Below are positions 47,512 to 59,781 of a stretch of DNA of 64,000 nucleotides, piece by piece (position 1 is the first letter of the stretch; each line of letters opens with the position of its first letter). Position numbers and translations under genes: made by a program. This stretch comes from Tubulanus polymorphus (taxonomy: Eukaryota > Animalia > Nemertea). Location of the stretch: NCBI RefSeq assembly GCF_964204645.1, contig NC_134028.1:16437653-16501652 (forward strand), in the 5' to 3' direction. The notes beneath the pieces are model-generated. The model was not told the origin of the DNA, did no database searches, and saw nothing but the letters and a program-made list of their open reading frames with translations.

Positions 47512-50129
47512 AATGAAAAAGATATGTATGTACATTTTGAGATAGAACGCCAGCTGTAAAATCTATGAAAGATTGTCATACAAGTATTATAATTATTTTG
47601 ACGAAAATAAATAATATATATTACACCATGATGAAAAGCCTTTTATAGTTTAGAGTTGGATTTCTCGATGTATAAATGCGAGGAGGGCCAGAAGCTTTAT
47701 GCTCAATAACATTAGGTTCCTATAAATGTTTGCTATGGATTTCAAAATAAAAGAAAAATCTACGTTTAAATGAGATATCTGTTTCATTACTCGTGATATA
47801 TCGAGGAATCTCTACAATAAAATTTGACGATTTCAAAATTATTACAAAATGAGCAAACTTTGTGATATCTGCTAACAGTATAAATTCAAGCGTATTTGCG
47901 TGATATGTAATAATATATAGCGAATAATCAAAGTGAGAAAAGTATCTACCGTAGCTAGAGATGATAATGAGTCCCATATCCAGAATATCTGAACCAAAAT
48001 ATCTCCCTCAAAAAAACATAGGAATATGGTTGTAGGTAAAAATCTCCAATGCAAAATGTTTCTCCAATTTTATTAATTTGCTATGAGACTGAAATATGTT
48101 AGAACTGTGCAATGAAATCTTTCGTTGCGATAAATTCTTAAGTAAAACTCTTAGCATAAAATAAATTGTTAGAATTGATAAGAATAATAAATTTTTATTT
48201 GTAATATCTAAAGATTCGAACAGGAGTATTTTTGAACTGCGGACTCTTGTTAACTGTGGTATATTTCAGCTGTGCGATGCCAAAAATTATTAGAAATAAT
48301 GTTCTTTTGATTTGAAATATTTTAGATTCAAGCTAGTGTACAGTAACGCGCGTACTATCAAACGTGTATATAAAATGCTATGTTTTGATTTATGTATGTA
48401 TAACCAGGTGACATCACCATTGTTTATGTTTGGGGGCACAGTCCCACACGTCTACTCCCTTTGAAATTATACAACGTAGTTGGGTGGACAATTCCAGACA
48501 CAAGTGATACTTTAAATTAAGCCAAGGGGGTCATAGCTATTGGATGGAGCATAGGCTTTCTTCCACTAATCATACAGGCAATTGCATCCGGAGTGCTTTG
48601 ATTTTACCGGGAGAAATTCTTATAGGAGAGGACATTGCTCAGTCTAGTGCTCTGGAGCACATGCTTTTATTGAGACAGTACAATTGTAATTTCTGAGTAA
48701 CACGGGCAGTAGCAAATCCTTTAAATTTATTATTTTTGCACTCATTGATTTGCGATTTATTTTGCTAAACGAAATTAAATTAGATTTGTTCATTTTAACC
48801 TGTACAAAATTGACTTGAATTTGGTGCAAAATGAATCGAAAAGTAATTGAATTTGCAAGCACATGGCTTATTAGCATATCACAACATCCATCCTTTTTCA
48901 TATTGTCCCTGCATGGTGTGCATGATTTGAAGCTCATCCACCAAACTTTTTATATGGTTCTACCCCAAGAGATGCCTTACATGGGTAGCAAGTTTGAAAA
49001 AAGTCGAGAATTGCGGTTTCGATTATATTAACAAAGATACTGATGCGGGCGCGTGAATTTTTTTTCCATAGAAATATAACATACGTAGATCATTCTAGAC
49101 GCCCGAGCGCATATTTTATATCTACCCAATTTTCGTCACCGATTTACCCATCACCAACCGTGATGAGATACACGGTTTTTGAATGGGAACTGACTATTTC
49201 AGATGACTCAAAACCAGACCGTTCCGTCTGCAGATAGTATAACGGATTAGCATTTTACATTAGCATGTTGAATGACATATATATGGCGGACAATTCGACA
49301 TTGTCTTCGCTGTTATCTACTGACTGTAGTGATTTTAAGGCCGCCCAGGTTGCAATTTAAGAGTATAGCATTAGGTGTTGCAATAATTTGTTACCTGCAA
49401 TATGTGGTGGTACATACTAGCTCCGTGCTTATCTCTAACAAAATGTTTTGAGGACTGTGAATGTGTCTTAACATGTAGGCCTAATTGTCTCTGGTAGGGC
49501 CTATTGATGCTTGAAAGTACCCTCTGTATTAGTAATGTGACTATTGAATTCTCTTTATTATAAATACCGGTAAACAGTATATTTTAACTCACATTCAGAC
49601 TGTAGTAATTATGATTCTAAGTAGTATTTTTATTTAAACTTGTTGGTACGGTAGGGCCTACCCAGTGACTGTTGTTTGTTTGTTGTGCAAATCTATTTCA
49701 CTGAAGCAAAAAATAAATATATAGATAAATATATGCCAAGAATATAGTTTTTCTTTTCTGTTGTCTCTTGTTTTTTCTTTCTCTAATTTACAAAGGCTTG
49801 TGTGGAATTTTGGGATTTGTAAGTCGCCTCCCTTCCCTCCAGGGAAAGCCCTTTAAAAATCGGAACTAAAAATCAATCCAGAGTACACTGAGGTAAGTGG
49901 GACTCGAATCCAATCAGATCTTCCATTAGTATAAAATTGTTTATAGTTCAAGTTCATTTGTTGATGGTAGAAAATCCGAACTTTACAGAAGAAACGAAAA
50001 ATAGGAACCTGGGTTTGAGTCATCTGAAATAGCCAATTCCTTTTGAATGGTCTTATTGTCCTTGTCATTAGTAAAGTCGTAATGACGTTTACCTAATAAC
50101 ATAAATCATCAAATGTATCCCCTACTCAC

Positions 50130-50181
50130 CATATTCTATGTCATCAGGATTGCAGTTCTTGGATGGCCAGAAATACGGACT
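50130..50181 (-). CDS. RGS7-like: R7-family RGS protein, internal exon
   Basis: 52-nt exon after a 78-nt intron, ttcag acceptor and gtgagt donor. Encodes SPYFWPSKNCNPDDIEY+1 nt, compare RGS7 TPYFWPSN..PE.TDY. Phase matches both neighbours. Confidence 0.93.
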
Positions 50182-50259
50182 CTGAAAGAATCATTTAGCA
50201 ATATCTATTAAGAGTGGAACATTCATAGTTAATCGGAATAACTCAAAACGATATTTTAC

Positions 50260-50420
50260 CTGAAATCTGTACAATGAATTATCATCTTTTACAAAAATGT
50301 TACGAGATTCGGTAACCGGAAATATATATCCATACTGACAGAAAAGGTTAGCCATGTGTACTGCTTCTGTTGAATCTAGCATTTGCATTTTTTCTATCAG
50401 CCATTCCACCAAATCATATC
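50260..50420 (-). CDS. RGS7-like: R7-family RGS protein, internal exon (DEP domain)
   Basis: 161-nt exon with AG acceptor (ct at 50421-22) and GT donor (ac at 50258-59). Translates (G)YDLVEWLIEKMQMLDSTEAVHMANLFCQYGYIFPVTESRNIFVKDDNSLYRFQ, matching the RGS6/7/9/11 DEP domain that ends KDD..YRFQ. Exact orthology within R7 is not resolvable. Confidence 0.93.
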
Positions 50421-53400
50421 CTACAATATAATATAGAATGACATTCGTGAAAATGTATATAACCTGTTAAAATACGCTAAGAATTGGGGTAGGCCAGAAT
50501 ACTTTTGGGAATTGAAAGGCTCATTACGTTTTACTCCTGCTACAATCTCTACAGAAGGAAAGGACAGAAGCCAATAAATGAAAATGTGGCTGTAATCCTA
50601 ACTCTCGACATGTAGGTAAGATAAGATATACTGTAATTAAACGTTGGGGAGTGAGCAACTAAGCAGGAGGTATCATGACGTCGAGAGCTGGGTAAAAGGT
50701 CACATGCAAATGATAACTATCAGTACCAGGGGCCCAGCTCTCTGTCGATCGTGGAGCTACGTTCGTTGCTCGTTCTTACGGTTGGCCGCATTTGGAGTTC
50801 GAGGATCGCCCCTCTCGAGATAGCAGAGATAAGCGCTATTTTTGGCTAGAGGGAGAGCTAGGACCTTTAGGCTTATGTATAGTTAGTAGGTTAATTTCTC
50901 ACATGCAGCATGTTTCATGGATTTCTTTTTGATTTCTTGGCTTTTGGTGGCTTGTGTGCGTGGATCCTTGACCACGGGCCAGAATCTCACTCGAGGATAC
51001 GGCAGGAGAAAGGAACCGCGGAACAAAATCTATCTTACATTCTCAAACCATTTCATTCACAAATGATGAAATGACTAATAGTGTGAAAAGAACGTTTAGT
51101 AACATTAATAACTACTTATTGACTTGTTTTTATGGTAACTGGCTCTATTGCTGACATATTATTATTCAATAAATGAATTTTGACTGTCTTAAATCACGTT
51201 TCAATAATTGACGGATATTGTAAATCTGATATAAAAATATCTTAGAAAATATATCAACCACTAAAACGGCCATTGTAATATTCTGGTAAAATTGCTTTAA
51301 AATAGTTTTAAGATTACATTGTAACATTGAATACAAAAAAAAAGAATTGGGCATGATAGCATTATAGAAACTGTCCAATGTTGCTGTTATTGGAAAGGCC
51401 ATACCCGATGAAGGTAGACAAATTTTCAGATTATCTGCAATACTTTTTGAATAATCGACCTTATAAAAAATCTTCCTGACATTATATGTTTTACCAGCAC
51501 GTTACCCAGCCCATGTTTCAACCGTTATAAATCTACAAAAATAAACTTGAGAATCTTGTCTTTGTTCATTGAAAGTCTGGGGCTTTGAGGTATTAGAGGT
51601 AAACGAAATTTGTTTGATCTCAATCGTAGATCCAATAAAAATTTGAAAAGCACCAGGACTCGAACCGACAATCAAAATTTGGCGGTCAAGTGCAACCACC
51701 ATGTGATACCTGGCAACCAGTCTTTACATCGTCCGTTGTTGCAAAATGTTTTTTGATCATTTTAGGACATTTATAGTGATTTATAGCCTTTGCAGTGAGG
51801 TTTTATCGCATCCAACGTAACGGTAGGATATCGTATTTGAAGGATCAATCATGACGATACATAGTAATAAAAAAAAACGCTCATTAAAAACTTGAAGCGA
51901 GAGATTTTCATATCAAATGAACTAAAACATGGCGGATTTAGGTTCAAATTTCCGGTTTTGACTAGCACCATCAAACGAGTAATTCCAGAACTTGAATGTG
52001 TCGATATCCCCGTACTATAATAGCTTGCTGGTGTTTTCGTCGTTATGTGATCCCTGGACTTCGCTGAAAGCTGAAACACTGAAAAGAAAACGCTGAAATT
52101 TCCGGGAATTCCAGAAAAACGCTGAAATTTCAGTGAATTCCCGAAAAACGCTGACATTTCAGGGAATTTCCGAAAAACGCTGAAACCGTGCTAGGAACCG
52201 ACAATACGCGTTTTGTTTTGTTTTTCCGGGCTGGTGTCCGCTGCCGATTCCTGTACCGTGCTTTGGTCTCTACATAAGTTCCGGTTATTGAGACATGCAT
52301 AAATAGTAGGCCTATGTGTGGAGTATACTTGGACAAATTAATTAGGTTGAAATTCGGACTTTTAATGCATACAGGCAGCATAATGAGAGAAAACCCATTC
52401 ACAAACCGTGCAAGCCAACTTTAAAGACTATACTGAATATTCCAAGAATATGATTTACTTCTACGCGACGCAGAAAATCTTATTTAAACGTTTCAAATGT
52501 ATGAAATATGATTATATGAAAGCAGCTTTTCTTTTGTCGACACGTCATGATGGGCGACTGTGGTATTCTCTGGGGGTGAGTTAAATTGGCAGCTAGTTAT
52601 AGTGATGAAGCGGCTATTGGACAAAAGAGGGATCTATAAATTTCGTTTTAATTCATCGTGCGCATGGAATGGATTGACTCCGACGTAATCTAAATTGGAC
52701 ACACCTTATCTATAAGAGGAGGAATCATAGGCAAAGTTGATTTGCTTAGAAGGACATACACTGTGAACAATTCTTGACTTGTAGTACATAATCTCAAGTA
52801 CTGGGCGTATCGTATGTTTCAGTATTTATTAAATGTAGCTGTTCCCTCGGACCTCGGTGTTTTCAAACTACCCTATAGGCTATATTGTCAAGGGTGTAAT
52901 GGCCACTATTCTTGTATTTCATACTTAAATGCACTTTTTTCTCCTTTTAGACTCGGGCTAAGAATGTACGATCAGATGCTACCAATGAACTTTAACTGTG
53001 AAATTTGCAGCAGAATAGCTAAACGACAGAATTTTTTAAAACAAAATAAAATGGCTATCCGAAAGCTATTTCAGTAATAACTTGATTCAACCAAAGAGAA
53101 ATAAGTCAACTGCGGATGTACAGTAGACCCCCTTTACTTGGTTTTCCTGGGACCAAATTTTTATTCTTCAGCTAAACGATATTCCGAGGTAAGCAAAGGG
53201 ATTTCATTAGAATAAGAAGCAATGGAACCAGATTTCAAGCCAGAATCTGTGGCTTAAACTATTGATTCTGATATACACATATAATATAGAACTGATTTGT
53301 TTTGTGTACTCTTGCAGAATGTGTGATGTATAATTTAAGCTGTTAATCAATATAGTTAGACAAACGTCCTATTATTAGATCTTACTTATTGACTCGTTTA

Positions 53401-53497
53401 ATTTTGAGAGTTAAGTTCCATTTAATCCACAGCTTGTGTATGAGAAAATGTTGTTCGACTCATATATGTCAGGCAAATCTAAGCATGAATGCAGATA

Positions 53498-53671
53498 ACG
53501 AGTGAAATCCCACAAAGATTCAGTCAAAGATGATCAATTCTTGAATAGAAGAGTATATATTTTTTCGGCTAATCACTATTAGCCATCATCAGGCGTACTG
53601 AGAGCAAAATGAAATAACAGAATAGTGTTTAGCCGAAACGTTGCTCAAAATATATACTCTTCTATTCAAGA
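53498..53671. mobile_element. Penelope-like element terminal-repeat fragment with inverted partial copy and hammerhead core
   Basis: Flanked by atgaatgcagata/atgaatgtagata. Minus strand reads CTGATGA-t-GGCTAAT-agtg-ATTAGCC-GAAA; the inverted copy carries GCCGAAACGTTG. Confidence 0.65.
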
Positions 53672-53688
53672 ATGAATGTAGATAGTAG

Positions 53689-54409
53689 TGTAGCAGCAAT
53701 AGTTTTAGGGTTTTATGTGTATGGGAAAAGATAGTATGTGTGCAGTGGGTACGATAGCGCACAATACATGTGTGCTGGTGCGCACACTGAATGTTAATGG
53801 CTCGAATTACAAAGAAGGAGTATGTTGAATAGAAAGAAGCTTCTAGTAACTACATTTAAGGACTTTAAGGGAATGGTTAGTGTAGTACAGGAGGGAGTAA
53901 AATGGAAGTAGCAACGAAAAGATACACCAAATAGGGTAAGGATAGAAGCGGGTTAGGTCTTCACCCAGCACTGGCAGTGGTTGTCTCCACCAGTGATCTC
54001 CGTCGCTCTACGATCCTAGTGTAACCAACCTGTGGTACATCAGACACTAAGACTCTTGGTGAAGTTAGGTCATGGTATATGAAGGTGAAGAATGTATATA
54101 TTAGTATGTAAGTCAAGGGTTTTTAGATAAGAGAGAGTACAAATGAGAGATGAAAGAGTACGCGAGAGTTGGGGATAAAGCTGAATAGATAATGTAAGCA
54201 GTAGAGAGAAAATAAAGAAATGCTTGATCATACCAGATAGAAGTGTTGGTAGTTAATATATACATAAGGAATAGGCAGGTCAGCGAAAGGAACCAGTTAC
54301 ATAGAAGATCCAATGGCACAGCATTAGTGAGAAGAACGAGGTACCACAACATGTGGTACAGAGATCGTTAAGTCCCATAGCAACTGGTGGAGATTGTCGT
54401 ACCATTTCA
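53689..54409. mobile_element. Solo LTR, copy 3
   Basis: tgtagcagca...taccatttca is homologous to copy 1 and absent from the paralogous block at about 38810. TSD decayed. Confidence 0.82.
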
Positions 54410-55856
54410 TTAATCTCCAGCAAGTTGAGAGAAAAAGTAAACCGTGTTTTACCCCTACCCGTGAGGACCCTTTAGGACTCATCCTTGTATTGTAGACATA
54501 TAACACCCTATCGAAGCTATGATACGTACAGTATACTATGAAGGTTGAACCTTTATTTACGAATTTCAATGACACGGAAAATAAAATCAAAATAATCATA
54601 AGTTCGATGCTAGGTTCATCCTTAAGTACTTACTTTATTCAACTACTACTTGTACGAAACGTTGAAATGATAAGCTGCAAGGAATAACCAAACAATAAGA
54701 AAAAATATAGCTGCAAAGCAGCGACAACGGGTGGTTTAAATGCTGGTTTAAATGTCGCACTGGAAAGCGCAAAAAGTTATGTATTTTTATTCTTCTATAT
54801 CTCCGAAACCCGGTATCGGAACATTCTTTCAGTTATTCTTATCAGTTGATAAAATGCGACTATTTTGAAGGAGCGCGACACATATCCCGGATATGTGGAT
54901 CCACAAGGGCTTCCACGAAAAAGTACTGATGTACCTTAATTGTTTGGCGCTTTCATAGTTCCGTTGGGTGTTGCATGCACTATTCGTACCCGTTGGCAAA
55001 TGGCAGTTATGTATGTACTTATACAATGTTTTTGATGTGATCCAGCTTTGAAACTGAATTCAACCACCTGTGCTCAATAAATGCTGATTGATTTCAACAT
55101 GCATTCGTGAAGCATTTTGATAATATCACATCATTAAAGATCTTGATTTATTCTATCAAGGGGGGTATATTCCCCGGGTTCTATGTTCCCCGGGTCCTAT
55201 GTTCCCCGGGTTCTATTTTCCTCCAGGGGAAACGATACAAAAAGCGTTCCATATTCTCCAAATAAAACAAAGGTTGGCCGGAGGGGTCCATACCTATGGT
55301 TTTAATAATATTCCATCATATATAACATCTGTTAGCTAAAATACTATAAATTTGATACAGACAAGGTTGCTTTTAATTTTATGCAACAGCGTGAACTGAA
55401 CGAGATCAGTTCGAGATGACGATATCGATCAATCACGGTAATTCATGCAGTAGTTACAGAGTCACACTAAAAAGGCTTTAAGACTTGCCCGGGCAATTTT
55501 GTATTGTGATTCATGTCGTTAATTTTCATTTAATAAGATAAAGATAAAATGAAGATAGTGCCGATTTTCCACAACATCGACTAACATTGGTTGCATTTCA
55601 GGTTCGGAAGCCTTCAAGTTCTTTCGCCATATTTATGTCATGTGATTAGCCAAATCCATCGTCATTTTTACGAACGTCTGATTCGATCGCACGATTGGAG
55701 CAAATCGTTCACGAAATCAAACGCAAAAATCGGATGCTCGTAAAAACGCCTTTTGATTCCTTCAGTATAGTACGAGACGGCGATACTCTGCATCATTGAT
55801 TAAGCTGTTGACTGGCGAAATAATGAATTATCACATAGGCCTACTGGTGCCCTTTT

Positions 55857-58620
55857 AACGCAGTCTCAAATGTTTTGTGACTCTCAAAATGTATCAAAAA
55901 TTTAACTAATTTTTAGTTCATAAGTCCTCAAATATTCATAAATGAACAGTTAAAAATTGTTGAAACATGTCGACTCTGCCGTAAAATCAACCTATTAACA
56001 GTCCTGAATTTGGGATAATATTGGGCTTTAGAGAACATAATGCCCCCGAGGTCTTCACATTTACAGAAAATATTGCGTAAGTGATTCACGCGCAGCGCGC
56101 GATAGGAGCACAATAGAAATCTGAGCCGCGCGTTCTTTGAGTGTCACCAATTAAGAGGACCGCTATTGTGAAAATTGACTGCGGGAGGAATATTCCTCCC
56201 AATGTCAATCGATGGAAACTTGACCATGGGGTCCGATATTTTAACAATTGACTTTGGGAGGAATATTCCTCCCAAGGTCAAACGAAGAGAATTTGACCTT
56301 CAGGTCTGATATTCAAAGTATCGACTTCGGGAGGAATGTTCCTCCGAATGTCAAACGAAGGAAACTGGACCTGGTCTGTTATTCGAAATATAGACTTTGG
56401 GATGAATGTTCTTCCAAACCACTAAACGCTTAAACCTGAGCTTTTAGAATGATAGGTATATATATATATATTAATTATATTGGTGTAATAATTGTTTTAA
56501 TAAGTAGTATACTATAGCGACGACATCAGACATATTTAGGCAATTTGAGTGATAATGTACACGGTATTTGAAGGTCTGCGACGAATGATTTATAGAAAGT
56601 TGAATAGCTGTAGTGCAGGTTCTAATAATAAGCCTAATATAGTCTTCATATCGCAATCAGTTGTTAGAATGCATCTTCCTTTTTCTTTACTTGATCTTGA
56701 GTCTTTGACTATAATTAACTATAATCAATATTACTTATTTCATTATATAGCGCACTGCTGCAAATTGTAATCAGTGTGCTTTGCATGAGTATAAAATTAA
56801 CACAAGCTGAAAGAATCGAAATTTAAATACGTGGATGATAAAAATCAAGTTAAAAGGTGTAGGGACGGAGAGATCTGGCGAAAAAAAAACAGTAATGGGC
56901 GCAAAATGGACCCGTGCCTAATCGCCCGACCAAAAACTACGGACCAGACCTGAGTCAAATTAAGCGTGTTGATTTAAACTGGTTCTGGAAGTCAGTCACT
57001 TCGCTTGGTTTAAGTATGGACTCGTTTTAGATTCCATGGTTTAAGCATTGTTAAGTCGAGCCTGATTCGAGCCAATTTAGCCCCGACAAATCGTCTCTAT
57101 AGCTGCGATCACACGTGTATTTTTGGCCAGGGCCAAATTTGGCCCGACCAAAAACGTCGGACCAGGCCCGAGCACCAGACAAATGACTGCGTTTGAATTG
57201 CAACTAGCACCGTAAATGATCCACTTCGCTTTGTTTGAGCATTGTTTAGTATCGAGTGAATGGTTTGCGTGTGAACGCGCTCTTTAATTACCAAATTTGG
57301 CCCGAGCCTGATCGGTGCTAATTTGGCCCGGGCCAAATCCTCTCCGTGTGATCGCGGCTTATGTGGGTCATGATTGTTGGGAGAAATCTTTCCCTTTATG
57401 TTTGCAAATTAGCCATTGTCCTAGTTTTAACTTCTGATTTGTACCCTGTAGAGGGTTTATATTTCTGTTTGTACTCTTTCATAGAAATACGACAGATATC
57501 AAATGGAATCTTTGATTAAAGACACTGTAGACCGGTACACACTAATATGTCCATCCATCCGACCTACGAGCGATCATCTCATTAATGTGATAATTGCTCG
57601 TAAATCCGACAGCTACATTTTACAACTAGAAATATATTAGATCAGATTCCTAATAATAAAATCATTACTATTAAGAATATGTTATTGATTATGAATAAAT
57701 TCAAAATGAATTGACAAAATATATTGCTTTGAATGGCCTTTAGATATTGGATAGGGCGATTTTGAATTATTTTTGGGGAATTTTATCGAGAAGCACAAAC
57801 TCCCTAAGGCGATAAAGTGTTTAAGGCGGATCTTTCCCGATTATGATCCCACCATATGAATTGCTCACGAAACTATTATGTATAAACACCTCACAATTAA
57901 CGTAATGACTCAGTGACGTCCTGTTGCACAAGCTATATTACACCATGATAAAAAGCCTATTATAGTCGAGTAGGATTTCTCGATGTATAAATGCAGGGAG
58001 GGTTGGGAGCTTTATGTTCAATAACATTAGGTTCCAATGTTTGCTCTATGGATTTCAAAACAAAAGAAAAATCTACGTTTAAACGTGATATCTGTTTCAT
58101 TACTCGTGATATATCGGGGAATCTCTGCAATAAAATTGGACGATTTCAAAAATATTACAAAATGAGCAAATTGCGATTCTTAGTGATTTTTGCTAACAGT
58201 ATGGATTCTAGCGTATACGCGGATTTGTGTGTTATGTATGTGTGTTGATTGTTATGTTATGGTAAAGATTTCCTATGTAGAAATCTAAAAAATCTAAACC
58301 CTACGTAAACATACCCTGGGTAAAAATCCCCCAAATATTCATACTTGGTGATTGTCAAGAACATGTCAAAGCACGATGTTTCTCGAATTTGCAATGAGAC
58401 TGAAATATGTTTGAACTTTTAAATGAAATCTTTCGTTGCGATAAATTCTTACGGATAAAATAAATTGTAAGAATTAATAAGAGTAATAAGAGTAATAAAC
58501 TTTTATTTGTAATATCTTAAGATTCGAACTGGAATATTTTTGAATTTCAGCTGTGCGATGCCATGGATTATTAGAAATAACGTACTTTTGATATTAAATA
58601 TTTTAGATTCAAGCTAGTGT
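55857..58620 (+). repeat. Long dispersed repeat, copy B
   Basis: Direct paralog of copy A lacking the LINE. Contains the palindromic 73-bp array and a MITE. Confidence 0.88.
57101..57359. mobile_element. PIF/Harbinger-like MITE
   Basis: TIR agctgcgatcacacg / cgtgtgatcgcggct with 3-bp TAT duplication. Confidence 0.75.
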
Positions 58621-59169
58621 TATATATTTGAAATGTGCGATGAACCCCTTCACTAAGCTGTGCAATAACTACATGTATATGTACTAATTTAGTATCAATG
58701 AAAGGTTAATTTGTAGTATGTTTTAATTTAAATAGCATAGTTTGTATGGGCATATTGATATCCTTACGGTGTTCGACAGTAAAATATGAATAAATTGGAT
58801 ATACGTATCAATAATACGAATTAATTGACCTTAAGATTGTATCTACTTATAATCAAAGGGAGGGGACTACCTAATTTGAAGAATTGGGGATTTTTACCGA
58901 GGGGATTTTTACTCGCTTACTTAGATGTTTTGAATTATTGACTTAGTTATTTTATTAAGTTTAAGTTAATCACTAGTAAGTTTATTCATTGACCACTTGC
59001 ATGATAGTTCTCGATATATTCATTATATGCAATGAAATGAAATGTAAGTTCATCACATTTCTGAATTCATTAATACCGATTTTAATTGTTTTAAGCCCCA
59101 TGAAAAATATGTGATGTCATTATATTGAAAGCTTAATGTTTTATTAACATTGGCAGTAGTTCTCATAAA

Positions 59170-59292
59170 TTTTCCTTGGCCTTTTTTCCGTGGCCATTTT
59201 AACCTTGGCCATTTTTTCCTGGACAAATTACCTTGGCCATTTTTTCCTTGGCCATTCTTTCCTGGCCATTTTTCCTTGGCCATTTTTCCAAC
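59170..59292. repeat. Tandem units of 15-16 bp (ccttggccattttt)
   Basis: About 7-8 copies visible. Confidence 0.85.
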
Positions 59293-59466
59293 ATTCTGGG
59301 GTTTTTTTACAACTAACCCTTAGCAATGCACTGTAATGAACAATTTACTTTGTTTTGCTAAATTAACTACTTGTAATCAATTCACTATAGAACTGTGGTC
59401 GATCCTAACAAAGAGTCCGGCGTGCTATTCTAAACTTCAGTGGACAAAAATCTCTTTCTAAAAATT

Positions 59467-59781
59467 ATATTGCTAAGATATTCTTAGTCTTCATCCTTCA
59501 GCATGAACTCTAGGCCTGGATATATTTCGGATTCATTTAATGGTATCATGTGTGTGTAGAACGTTTGGGCGAAGGTATTATCCCCCTGGATCACGCGTAA
59601 AACAAACAGAAAACATATTTTCATATTGCTAAGATATTCTTAGTCTTCATCCTTCAGCATGAACTCTAGGCCTGGATATATTTCGGATTCATTTAATGGT
59701 ATCATGTGTGTGTAGAACGTTTGGGCGAAGGTATTATCCCCCTGGATCACGCGTAAAACAAACAGAAAACATATTTTCATA
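59467..59781. repeat. Apparently perfect 156-bp tandem duplication
   Basis: 59467-59622 is repeated from 59623 with no differences seen. Confidence 0.93.

Larger units (their letters stand above)
42727..47616 (+). mobile_element. Near full-length RTE-X-like LINE
   Basis: ORF1 + ORF2 + AT-rich tail. Boundaries defined by the empty site gcacaagctata|ttacaccatg at about 57935; short tata duplication. Confidence 0.9.
40761..48340 (+). repeat. Long dispersed repeat, copy A (40761-42726 + 47617-48340, split by a LINE)
   Basis: Colinear with 55857-58620; shared start aacgcagtctcaaatg and shared end gattcaagctagtgt. Confidence 0.88.

Noticed and set aside
49170-50045. Inverted match of about 35 bp (gactatttcagatgactcaaaaccag) as TIRs of one element
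   Set aside because: No TSD or defined termini; two fragments of a dispersed repeat are equally likely.
50191-50412. 73-aa ORF as a standalone gene
   Set aside because: It is an RGS exon read through its donor site into the intron.
50611-51039. Solo LTR (TGTA...TTACA, GC-richer island)
   Set aside because: No matching target duplication or second copy found, so it is too uncertain to list.
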